DNA of 64,000 nucleotides. Source: Obrimoposthia wandeli. Taxonomy: Eukaryota. Location: assembly GCA_977020255.1 (NCBI GenBank), contig CDROCS010000572.1:186001-250000 (forward strand), written 5' to 3'. Position numbers and translations under genes: made by a program. This document shows positions 53,567 to 63,004 of this stretch, one piece after another (position 1 is the stretch's first letter; every line of letters begins with the position of its first letter). Below the pieces are notes generated by a model that searched no databases, was not told the origin of the DNA, and saw only the letters and a list, made by a program, of their open reading frames with translations.

Positions 53567-54019
53567 TTAAAACATAGAAATATGAGCACGTTCAATTTTC
53601 CACATAGGCAACGGTGTCCCCATTTCATCTGTCTTGTAACCATAAAGTCGAATTGTTACAGTCCATTGCTTCTTTTTCGGAAACGCATCAATATCAACAT
53701 ATCTTCCATAGTCATCTAGAAATGCTTCATCGGGTCCTCGGATATAAAATTCGTTTTTATTGAAAGTAAAATTCGGAACTGCCTTTTCAACTTTCTGTTT
53801 AAGATATTGAAAATATGGTTTTTGAATATTTGATAGATAGTAGCTGAACTTTCTTCTTTCAATTGTCACAGGATTTACTAAAGCAATCAGTTGAGCCTTT
53901 TTCAAGAATCTGACTTTGTATTTGAAATATTGTTTCACTTCTTCATGCATATCCTTATCCGATTCTTCAAATATTTCCGAATCTTCGTCATCGCTTAATA
54001 TCCGTTGGCTATCCTCCAT
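53567..54019 (-). CDS. Polinton right-arm protein 1 (150 aa), acidic N-terminus, possibly OB-fold/SSB-like
   Basis: Intact ORF from MEDSQR; C-terminal WTVTIRLYGYKTDEMGTPLPMWKIERA; TATAAAA about 60 nt upstream. Confidence 0.7.
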   Translation of the reverse strand: MEDSQRILSDDEDSEIFEESDKDMHEEVKQYFKYKVRFLKKAQLIALVNPVTIERRKFSYYLSNIQKPYFQYLKQKVEKAVPNFTFNKNEFYIRGPDEAFLDDYGRYVDIDAFPKKKQWTVTIRLYGYKTDEMGTPLPMWKIERAHISMF

Positions 54020-54059
54020 CGTTGATAATTGTCTTTGATATAAATGCATTTACTGGGAT

Positions 54060-54240
54060 TTGTCCTCCAATGGCGCATTCTTTTATACTAATTTCTAACA
54101 AAAAACATGAATCTCATTGGTTAATATAACAAAAGCATTGAATTTGATTGGAAGAAATATATCATCCAATTATAATAGGTTTGCAAGATAATTACAAGAA
54201 ACGTGCAATTAAAAAGCAGGTTCAGACATATATAAAGAAG
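54060..54240. promoter_or_regulatory. Putative bidirectional promoter
   Basis: Minus-strand TATAAAA at 54087-54081, plus-strand TATATAAA at 54229-54236, and CCAAT/ATTGG at 54067, 54116, 54148 and 54167. Confidence 0.55.
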
Positions 54241-54266
54241 ATTTTACAGAATACAATTTTAGTCTA

Positions 54267-54760
54267 ATGAAACTCGTAAATATAAATTATAAAGGTAGAA
54301 CAGAAGATGATGTTTCGTACTTACCAAGTACTTACCGAGACAATATGTGGAAAAGTTTGACAATTTCACAGTTTTTATTTTTCCTACAGGTTAGTTTTTT
54401 ATTTTATTTTCATATTGAATTCTTTTAGGAAATTGTCGTGTTATGGGATGCAAAATACCAATGCTTGGGTTCAATTTACCATTTGGAATTCGAATCCCTG
54501 CAATACAATCAATCACGATTTCGGCTAATCTTGGGAAACAGATAAATCTTTTTAAAACTGCAGAGAAAATGAAAGAAGAATGCATGTTTGAACCATAAAT
54601 TTATTCTGCTCTCAGTTATTTGAAGACTAAACCGCTATGTGTAAATATATTTTCCAGTGGTAAAGTTATGATATTGGGATTGAAAAATTTTGATTATCCA
54701 AACATTGTTGATTTGATTTTAGAAAAAATATCTTATTACATCTTGTTATCTTTTCTATAA
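54267..54760 (+). pseudogene. TATA-binding-protein-like gene (2 exons; frameshift and one premature stop)
   Basis: MKLVNINYKG..PRQYVEKFDNFTVFIFPTG / intron 54390-54428 / NCRVMGCK...IQSITISANLGKQINL...MFEP*IYSALSYLKTKPLCVNIFSSGKVMILGLK. Both TBP repeats are recognisable. An 11-nt duplication (TACTTACCAAG/TACTTACCGAG) causes the frameshift. Confidence 0.8.
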
Positions 54761-54788
54761 ACAAACCCGTTTAAACTTATTGTTTTGA

Positions 54789-55061
54789 ATGAATAATACT
54801 ATAAAAAGAGACAATGAAGTGGATCGGCTTGCCGACGAAATATATTCAGGAATAATTATAGGTAAAGAAATTTTATCAGAATTAAAAAATAATGATATAA
54901 CAAGAGATAACATTGAAATATTGGTTAGATCACACGTTATTCGAGAATTTAGAAATCGTACACAAATAAATAAAATTATAGCCAAATATTCATTAATTAA
55001 TTGTTGTATTTCATCTACAATAGCTCTAACATTGTACATTTCAATAAGGAAACTTCTATGA
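54789..55061 (+). CDS. Polinton hypothetical protein (90 aa)
   Basis: Open ORF co-oriented between the TBP-like gene and the ATPase; no motif recognised. Confidence 0.5.
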   Translation: MNNTIKRDNEVDRLADEIYSGIIIGKEILSELKNNDITRDNIEILVRSHVIREFRNRTQINKIIAKYSLINCCISSTIALTLYISIRKLL

Positions 55062-55097
55062 TATATAAACAATATTAAAAATGAAAGAGTATATCCA

Positions 55098-55745
55098 ATG
55101 GAGCTAAGTAATAATGCTATATTTCAAATAGTTGGTCCCAGTGGAAATGGAAAGACACATTTCGTATGTAAATTGTTGCAAAATGAATCTCTTTTCAAAT
55201 CTAGTTTCAAAAATATTTATAGGCATCATGGTGGAGGAGGGGAAAGCGGATTAACCAAAACAGAAGTTTTCAAGTTGAAAGGAATACAATTTATTGAAGG
55301 ATTTGATGCAAATTGGTGTGAAAGGTTGAAAAAAGAAGATGTAATAATAATTGATGATTTGTATCAGGAAGCTAACAAGGAATCGGACTTTAATCATTTA
55401 TTTACGAAGATTGCAAGACATCGTGAAGTAACAGTTATATTTATCACTCAAAATCTTTTTCACCAAGAAGGTCACCATAGAACAAGAAATCTTAATGTAC
55501 ATTACTTAGTTTTATTTAAAAATGATAGAGATCAAACAGTTGTAGATTTTGTGGCCAGACAGGCGTTTCCCCAAAATAAAAACTTTCTAGTTGATTCATT
55601 CCATGATGCTGCTAAACAAGCACATGGGTATATATTTATTGACTTTACACAAGATTTCCCAGATGATTTACGTGTTTTAACAGACATATTTAATTCTAAG
55701 GGAGTAACTGTTTATAAACAAATAGAGAACAATTATAAAAGATAA
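55098..55745 (+). CDS. FtsK/HerA (A32-like) DNA packaging ATPase
   Basis: Walker A GPSGNGKT, Walker B IIIDD, ..FTKIARH..VTVIFITQNLF and LFKN.RD motifs; intact 215 aa. Confidence 0.92.
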   Translation: MELSNNAIFQIVGPSGNGKTHFVCKLLQNESLFKSSFKNIYRHHGGGGESGLTKTEVFKLKGIQFIEGFDANWCERLKKEDVIIIDDLYQEANKESDFNHLFTKIARHREVTVIFITQNLFHQEGHHRTRNLNVHYLVLFKNDRDQTVVDFVARQAFPQNKNFLVDSFHDAAKQAHGYIFIDFTQDFPDDLRVLTDIFNSKGVTVYKQIENNYKR

Positions 55746-55752
55746 ATTCACA

Positions 55753-55923
55753 ATGCCTTTTACGAAGTTGATAGTAAAACGTAAAGCAAAGCCTAAGAAA
55801 TCAAAAAAAAGAATCATTAAGAAAAAAGAAGTGAATAAATTAATCAAATCAGTAGTTAGAAATAAAAGAAAACTTAAATGGCTTCGAATATATACAATAT
55901 TCAAATTGAACCTTTTTTATTAA
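55753..55923 (+). CDS. Small Lys/Arg-rich basic protein (56 aa; putative core protein)
   Basis: Hand translation MPFTKLIVKRKAKPKKSKKRIIKKK...; homologue in copy A at about 45400-45580. Confidence 0.5.
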   Translation: MPFTKLIVKRKAKPKKSKKRIIKKKEVNKLIKSVVRNKRKLKWLRIYTIFKLNLFY

Positions 55924-55924
55924 A

Positions 55925-56253
55925 ATGAAGAAAATACAAAGAAGCATACCCTATTTTAAGGCTTTAGTCAAAGCCTCTTCTCATAAGAGAATGATTATTC
56001 TTAAAGCATTTCCATCTTTTGTTGTAGATGATTTATTGGAAGTTTTGTATAATATAGTTTTGGGTCGAGTAAAAGTTGGAAATCGGAAAAATATATTAAA
56101 GAAATATAGAAAAACTCTTCTAGATATTGCTAATGTAAAAATAAAATAAGGAAACGAAATATTATTCTTAAACATAATGGTGGTTTCATAGGGGCTGTTA
56201 TTCCAGTTGTTGCTTCAATTATCAGTAGTATTATAGCTGCGACACGTTCATAA
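55925..56253 (+). pseudogene. Conserved small Polinton protein ending in a GGF-hydrophobic tail (adenovirus pX-like); 1-nt frameshift near 56140
   Basis: ORF 55925-56149 continues in another frame as KRNIILKHNGGFIGAVIPVVASIISSIIAATRS*. Confidence 0.6.
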
Positions 56254-56339
56254 ACAATTATTTATAAAATCAGTTAAAGATATGGGTGCTAACCCTTCTT
56301 TACCTAAATTTAAATTTTCTTTCTATTCAAATTGTTGTA

Positions 56340-57368
56340 ATGGAGAAGATATGGTTCAATCCAAAAGATCCAATTGGCTACACCGGAGTTTCAAAATTAG
56401 CAAAAAGAACAAAACAAAAATACAAGAAAACGCAGAAATGGCTGAACAACCAGTTAGCCTACAGTCTGAACAAGCCGATGAGAAGAAGGTTTCGAACTAG
56501 AGCTTACAAAACCAGCGGTCCTAATAATTTATGGCAAATGGATTTGATGGAGATGATCCCATATTCTTCCATTAATAAGGGATATCGATATATTTTAACA
56601 TGTATTGATGTATTTAGCAGGTTTGCTCGTGTAATTCCAGTTAAAGCAAAGTCTTCAATAGCTATACTTGAAGCCATTAAAGAAATATTAAAAGAGGACA
56701 TTCCACAAAATGTGCAAACTGATTTAGGAAAAGAATTTTATAATAAGCAAGTTCAATCATTATTTAAACAAAATAATATAAATTATTACTCTGTGTTTTC
56801 ACAATACAAAGCAGCAGTAGTAGAAAGATTTAATCGTACTCTAAGAGATCGAATAAAAAAGTATTTCACAAAAGAAGGAAATAAAAAATGGATCCAAGTT
56901 TTACCTAAAATAATACATGTATATAATCACTCGGAACATAGAGGTCTCAAGGGAATGAGACCTGTTGATGTTACTAATAAAAATTCTATGGATATTTGGA
57001 TGAACAGGAATAAAAAAGAAAATATTAAAAAAGCTAAATATAAGAAAAACGAATATGTCCGAATTTCGAAAATTAGCTCTACTCCATTTATTAAAAACTT
57101 TGATCAGAATTGGAGCCATGAAATATTTTGTATAAGAAAAATTGATCAAAAAAGTAATCCAATAATGTATACTATTAAAGAAGCTGACAATAATATCGTT
57201 CACGGTAAATTTTACGAGCAAGAACTACAAGTAATATCAAATAAACCTAGCGTTTTCCGTATTCAAAAAATATTAAAATCTAATGGTGCCGGTAAACATA
57301 AACAATACTATGTTAAATGGCATGGTTATTCAGATCCAACTTGGATATCAGCATCGAATATAATATGA
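56340..57368 (+). CDS. Retroviral-like (rve) integrase with C-terminal chromodomain
   Basis: DDE triad: WQMDL, VQTDLGKEF, VVERFNRTL; chromodomain FRIQKIL...QYYVKWHGY..PTW; intact 342 aa. Confidence 0.95.
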   Translation: MEKIWFNPKDPIGYTGVSKLAKRTKQKYKKTQKWLNNQLAYSLNKPMRRRFRTRAYKTSGPNNLWQMDLMEMIPYSSINKGYRYILTCIDVFSRFARVIPVKAKSSIAILEAIKEILKEDIPQNVQTDLGKEFYNKQVQSLFKQNNINYYSVFSQYKAAVVERFNRTLRDRIKKYFTKEGNKKWIQVLPKIIHVYNHSEHRGLKGMRPVDVTNKNSMDIWMNRNKKENIKKAKYKKNEYVRISKISSTPFIKNFDQNWSHEIFCIRKIDQKSNPIMYTIKEADNNIVHGKFYEQELQVISNKPSVFRIQKILKSNGAGKHKQYYVKWHGYSDPTWISASNII

Positions 57369-58090
57369 AGTCTATGTATATGGTGTTACCTAGTAACGGA
57401 TGCCCGAAGACTCAACCAGATAATGACGCTAGTAACTTTATTATCGATTGGGAAAACCCTATAAATCTCCAAGGAGAATGGGAAGCGGCTTTAACAGAAT
57501 TTTCTTTTTATTATTATCCAATTACTATTAGAAAAAACTCATATATTACGTTTACAAAAGAAGTTGATCATGAAAAAACATCTGAAGTTGTGATCGGGTT
57601 TGATAGTAAAGGACAATTATATTACAATTGTATAGATAAAGAAGTGAAAGTAATATTTGAAAATAACAAGGTCAGATTTAAAAATCGATTAAAATATCTT
57701 CAAGTTATTAAAATTAACTTTGAATCTAAAAAAGAAGCTCTTCTATTCAGTTTTGATAGTGAACAAACAATAGCTCGTAATAAACGGGATATAGTCTCAT
57801 CTAAATCGGTTAGAAATGTTCCTGGTAGAGTAGCAAAGGTGTTTTTCTTTGAAACGAGACCAAAGACTGTAGTGGAACTGAAAAAGTTTTCAAAAGATTA
57901 TAAAATAGATAGTGAAGTGGATTTATGTAAATTAATACAGAAGGAATGTAGTGAATATTTGGATAAATGTGAAACATTAAATGGTAAATTAACGTTTACA
58001 GTAAAGAGCAATATAAAACGAGTTTCATTTGATGATAAACTCGCTAAAAACCTTGGTTTAAACAGAAATACCTTTGTTTTCCTAATAACA
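57365..58090 (+). CDS. Putative minor capsid (penton/PX) protein, 3'-truncated
   Basis: N-terminal YMVLPSN...NDASNF..W..PINLQGEWEAALTEF motif typical of the Polinton ORF downstream of integrase; ATGA overlap with the integrase stop; C-terminus replaced by antisense pPolB. Confidence 0.55.
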
Positions 58091-61000
58091 CTGCTACCAA
58101 GTCATCTGCAATTGTAAAACTACGCTTGAAGTTGTACTTGCTAGTATATGTTATTAGTTTAAGCTCATCATTGCAAAACCGTAGACAAATACGTTTCCGC
58201 AAGTCCTCTACAGTTTTTCCAAAGAGACTATTATTTTTTAACTTGTAAAAATCCCGATCGAATTTGCTAGTGGCCAAATTACGTTTTCTAGAATTCTTCT
58301 CAATATAGTCTTTAAACACAACGTTTTGACTGAAGCTTATAGCACGATGAATTCGAGTAACTTTCGCTCCCAACTTCAAGTAGAATTGAAGAAGCCGCCA
58401 ATGCACAACATAATTCAACTTGTCTTCATGTGTTAACAATAATTTCTTAACCTTTGAATTAGGTGGGCATTGATGAACAGGCGCTACTGGAAGATCATCT
58501 AATTTATCATGCACAAGTCAACCTCAACCAAATAGCCGACGTCTGATGAAACTGTATCAACAGTAGCCAAATCTGTCATCAACTTATTCAACTCTTCCTC
58601 ATCATAAACCCACCTAAAATTGGCATGAGGTAGAGGTTGAGTAAGCGCCCACCCATACAAATTATTTATGTCGATGTACAGAATCTCCGTGGATTGATTT
58701 TTGACAACATGATGTTTGTTAACAAACGTCATTCCACCGCGTATATCATAATCATACATTTGATACATCGCGGGATCTTGCAGTAACTCGATATTAATGT
58801 TAAGAGTTTTTATAAGACCCGCTCATAAACTGCAGAGAATCTATGAATTTTAAACTGCAGAATTCAGTATATGCAGTTAAAGATAAATATTTCTCTGAAG
58901 TCTGAGGTATACAAGAAATTCCCCAAGAGCTTAATGTACCTAACGCATATTTAAGTATATGATGCAAATCATATCCTTTGAGGTTATGAAACACGATGGG
59001 AATGCGTGGTTTTTTAGGGAGTCGACGGCCAAGGTTACAGAGGTTGCACGCCGCTCCCAAGTATCGCCCCGTAACATGATCGTGATCTCCGACTAACTTA
59101 GACTGGGTTCCACACAAATAACATAATCTACAAGAATTAAAATTAACCCAGTATATGCCTGTCATGATCATTGCTTGATGAGCATTAAGATCATACCACG
59201 GTTTGACAATTGTTGTTCCTAATTCTTCTAATTTTAACATAAAATCTAAAATATAATTTGGACCGGAAAATTTATGATGCTGTGTAATATTGGGGCCTAA
59301 GAATAGTAGTCCTGCCGAAGCCGGTAGGTGAATACTCTCATACTGGTCGTGCAATTCTAAAATTGACTCAAAATCTGCATACACCCTGAATTCCACGTGT
59401 ATGCATTTTGCCCAATCCCTGAATTTTAAATCCTTATCCTTAGGCATGCTATATAGCGTATTGTCATCAGGATTCAGTGAACATAATGTCAGATGTTTGC
59501 TGTAAGAGAGCTCAAATCGGAATCCATGCAAACATCTATGACACCACTTACACCTTATCCTAACCGGTAAGGCTCCGTTATCTAAATTTAGAAGACGATC
59601 TAAACTGAGAATAGCAGCATAATGGAATTTTTTATTATGTTCGAGCAAAATTAAGTTGACCTGAGTCCCCTCATTTTTTCTCCTATAAATTACATCTACA
59701 AAAGGATTTTTAAAAATATCTTCATCTGTTATATTAACTGGGATATCAGTTTTTAACTCAAGTTATTAAGGTGTTCAAATCTAGATATCGCAGTTAATTT
59801 AACAGGAAAATCTATTCCATGATACTGCAATTCATTTAAAAAGGAGGTATATTTACTGACACGCTCTCTATGCTCAGTAATTACATCCCTTTTGAGGATG
59901 GCCAACACGCTATACAGAAAGCAAAGGTTATCACTGTTTTGTATGTTAACAATGGAACGTGAAATTTGAAGAGATCTAGGTGAAGGAATGTATGAACTCC
60001 CCGAAAGATATATCATGTCTGTGAACTTTGTTAGAACAAAGCTAACATCGTGAATTCTAACTAGATTCCATACACTACTTAACTCGCTATAATTAGCAAT
60101 TTTTTCATCTAGGTTTCTTCCAATTTCAGTTACAAAATTATCATAGAAAACAGTTGCTTTATGTGAAATTACCCAAGTTTTAGTCTCCTCATTGACATTT
60201 TTAAACTGCACTGTTGCGCAAAATTGAACCTTAGCCTATCCTAAAAAGACTTTCAATATTTGAATCTACACCTACGTTCAAAAATATTTCATTTCCTAAT
60301 GGCACCTTAACTATAACATATTTATTATTTAGGTGATACTTTACAGTAGCACCGTTTTCTCTACGTTTTTTGGGTTGGACTTTATTAAGAAATTGGCCTC
60401 GCCTCTTTCTTCCTACAGTCGCTGACAAACCTCCCCCTAATTGAACGGGAAGACAACTATTTATATTAACAGTGGACACAAACGCAGCTGAGGTGGAAGG
60501 TGCTGCTATTGGACATGCTGCCGATGTTGAGGCAATCGCAGCTGATGTAGTAGATGCTGCTGTAGTAGATGCTGTCGCAGATGATGAGACAGTGGCAGTT
60601 GTAGATGCTGCATTTAGAGTAGTTGCCGACATTGCCGACGAAGAAGCAGCTGTTGTAGAGGTTGATGCTGCTGAAATAAATATATTAAAAAATAAATATA
60701 TTTTTTTAAATTATTACCTCTAAGGCGTGCAAACATCGATGTAGTCACTCGTGCTGGGGGAGGCATAGCTGTCGTTGCAGATGACGGCTGTATCAATGAA
60801 TTTCCTGAATAAAAGAAATTTAATAAAATATATATAATTACAATCATAAATATTTAATTAAAAATAATATATATATAATTACAATTTAAAAAAAGAATCT
60901 GAAAAAATTACCTAATGAAGGCAATCCAACTGGAGCTGGAATGAAGTCCTCTTCATTGACGGAATCCATCCAGCTGTCGTCCGTTATCTCGACGAAATCG

Positions 61001-61500
61001 GATTCCTCGATGGTCTCCAAACCAGGAGTTATTGGTCCATTGCTCCATCTCGAAATCTGACTGGGATATGTCGTTCATCAACTCATTGTTATTCATTTGA
61101 GTGGATGGGGCAGAATCAGGAGACGGGAGACCAATCGCAGGACCGTAAACGGGTTGAACGACTGTAACTGGATTTGGAGCAGGAGCTGGAGCGGCCTGCG
61201 AATCGCGCACCAATTGCACGATATCCCTCTTCTTGTTGTTGGCCGTGAAACAGAATAGGTGAACTCGATGTTCACCGAAGAAGTCTCGAAACTCCTTCTC
61301 CTCCATTGTTCTGCAGAAGGAGCAGACGAAGAATTGAAGCCCGCGAGACTTTGTACGATAGTAGACGGACATTATCTCCATGCAGGTCTCTATTCCATGC
61401 GAAGCCGAAGCACCACAATACGCAGGGAATAGGTTACACGTAATCTGAAATAATAAGTATTAATAAAGAAATAATTAGTATAGATTCTTACCATAGTCAT
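58060..61500 (-). pseudogene. Protein-primed DNA polymerase B of copy C, with spliced N-terminal extension
   Basis: Terminal-protein region (GSSYIP, NSDNLCFLYSV), exonuclease YADFES and FHNLKGYD with a DHDH..C..C insertion, motif A YIDINNLYG, motif B KLKNNSLFGKT. Motif C is absent and there is an internal deletion near 58810. Upstream exons 61500-61492, 61444-60912, 60804-60718, 60670 onward. Confidence 0.9.
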
Positions 61501-61534
61501 TATTTCAAATAGTCGGGGATTTTAATGAAGAAAG

Positions 61535-61600
61535 TGTTTACTTATATACTAAAATTTATGCACACATGCTCTTTTCCTATTGGATTAAAAAATTGAATTT
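61535..61600 (-). promoter_or_regulatory. CCAAT plus TATATAA promoter module of the pPolB transcription unit
   Basis: CCAATAGGAAAAGAGCATG.GTGCATAAA.TTTAGTATATAA; the same module is at about 43012-43040 and 49408-49440. Confidence 0.6.
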
Positions 61601-61699
61601 TATTGAGAAGGCTACTTATAGACTTAAACATTTTTTATATGCGCAATGGTCACCATGACTACGATATGGACAGCAAATATTTCGTGGAATTTTTAATAG

Positions 61700-62136
61700 A
61701 TGATCACGTGAAATATTTAAAGTATTCAACCTCAATTTGGGAAAATATTTTTTTAAAGTCTTATACTTTTAGCCATACATTTCATCTAAAACATAAAAAA
61801 TCCATTTTCAATATCAAAATTAGATTTTATTGTATCGAAAATACATATTTCACAAAAAGCCTTATGTCCTTCTTTCCATTTTAATAAATGAAAATAATTA
61901 GTTAGATATAAATTAGTAAATATTTTCTTATAATCTAAACTTTTAAACGGAATATCTATTTGAAATATGAAATGCAATGGATGAAAAACGTCGCATACAT
62001 CCATAATACATAATTCTTTTATAATATAATCACCATTTTTGTTAATGAAAGCCTCAAAATCTATGATATAATTACCCATAATTACCCAAATTTGTAGCAA
62101 ATCCCATTGTTTATAACGAAAATAACCATTAATCAA
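61700..62136 (-). pseudogene. DEDD-superfamily exonuclease-like ORF
   Basis: YIIDFEAF..IIKELCIMD (ExoI-like DxE motif); frameshifted; three copies in the window. Confidence 0.5.
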
Positions 62137-62169
62137 AAATTTATTAAAATAACAAAGTATTCAGTCTTT

Positions 62170-62788
62170 CATGTTAAGATTGGTATATATTGTCAATTCT
62201 CCTATGAATATTAAAATAAATTATATTAAATGTAAACATACCTAAATATTTCGAAATTAAATTACATATTTTATCTCCAACAATTGCCGGAGTATCATTT
62301 TCTGAAAAGTTTTTTTTTTATAATCTTCCATTAAATTTGGAGATAATTTAATGTATAATTTATTCCAATTTTTATTATCCATCTTACAAAAAACATTATA
62401 TATAAATTTGTTTATATTTAGACAATTATATAACATAATCAATAAAGACAAAATAATAATAAAAAATTAATTCTTTTGTAGAAGGACCCTCTTCGGATTT
62501 AATCTGGAGGATTTTCTTTCTTGCTGCTCGACGATTATTCTCCATCTCTTCTCCTCTTTTTTCATCCACCTTCTTCTTTTCCATTTCGATCTTCTTATCC
62601 CACTCCACGACCCTATGTCGTTCTGCTAGCCTCCTATCTTGTATCTCCACCCGACGATTCCACTCGGTTGCGACAGCAGTATACAGATTCTGATTAAGGA
62701 CCCTCTTTCTTAAGTCTCCTTTCTTCTCATTTCTCCGAATGTTTTCTTCAATCTTCGTTACCAGACTCTTCATTTTAATGAATTCCAT
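62170..62788 (-). CDS. Spliced E/K/R-rich coiled-coil protein (ORF 62426-62788 plus MDNK exon plus short last exon)
   Basis: Charged helical ORF conserved in copies A, B and C; GT-AG introns at matching positions. Confidence 0.55.
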
Positions 62789-63004
62789 TTTTTAATTATG
62801 AAGAGGTTAATAAATTTGAACCTATATATATAAATTTAAGATATTTTTTAATCCAATTAAATGATATATTTTTATTTATCAAATGAGAGTAATAAATCTA
62901 TAACTTATCATTGCATTTAAACCTAATAAACTTAAAGATAGTATTTTAATATTTCTAAATTAAATTTTTTTTTTAAATAAATATTTAGAAGAAAACACAA
63001 GAAA

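Noticed and set aside
54391-54585. Minus-strand 64-aa ORF
   Set aside because: Antisense to the TBP-like exon 2, which carries the recognisable motifs.
59690-59760. Intron in pPolB between ..NNLS and VDVIY..
   Set aside because: Copy A reads through this region as coding-like sequence (NNLNINVFKYTTNIP...), so the break in C is a small deletion rather than an intron.
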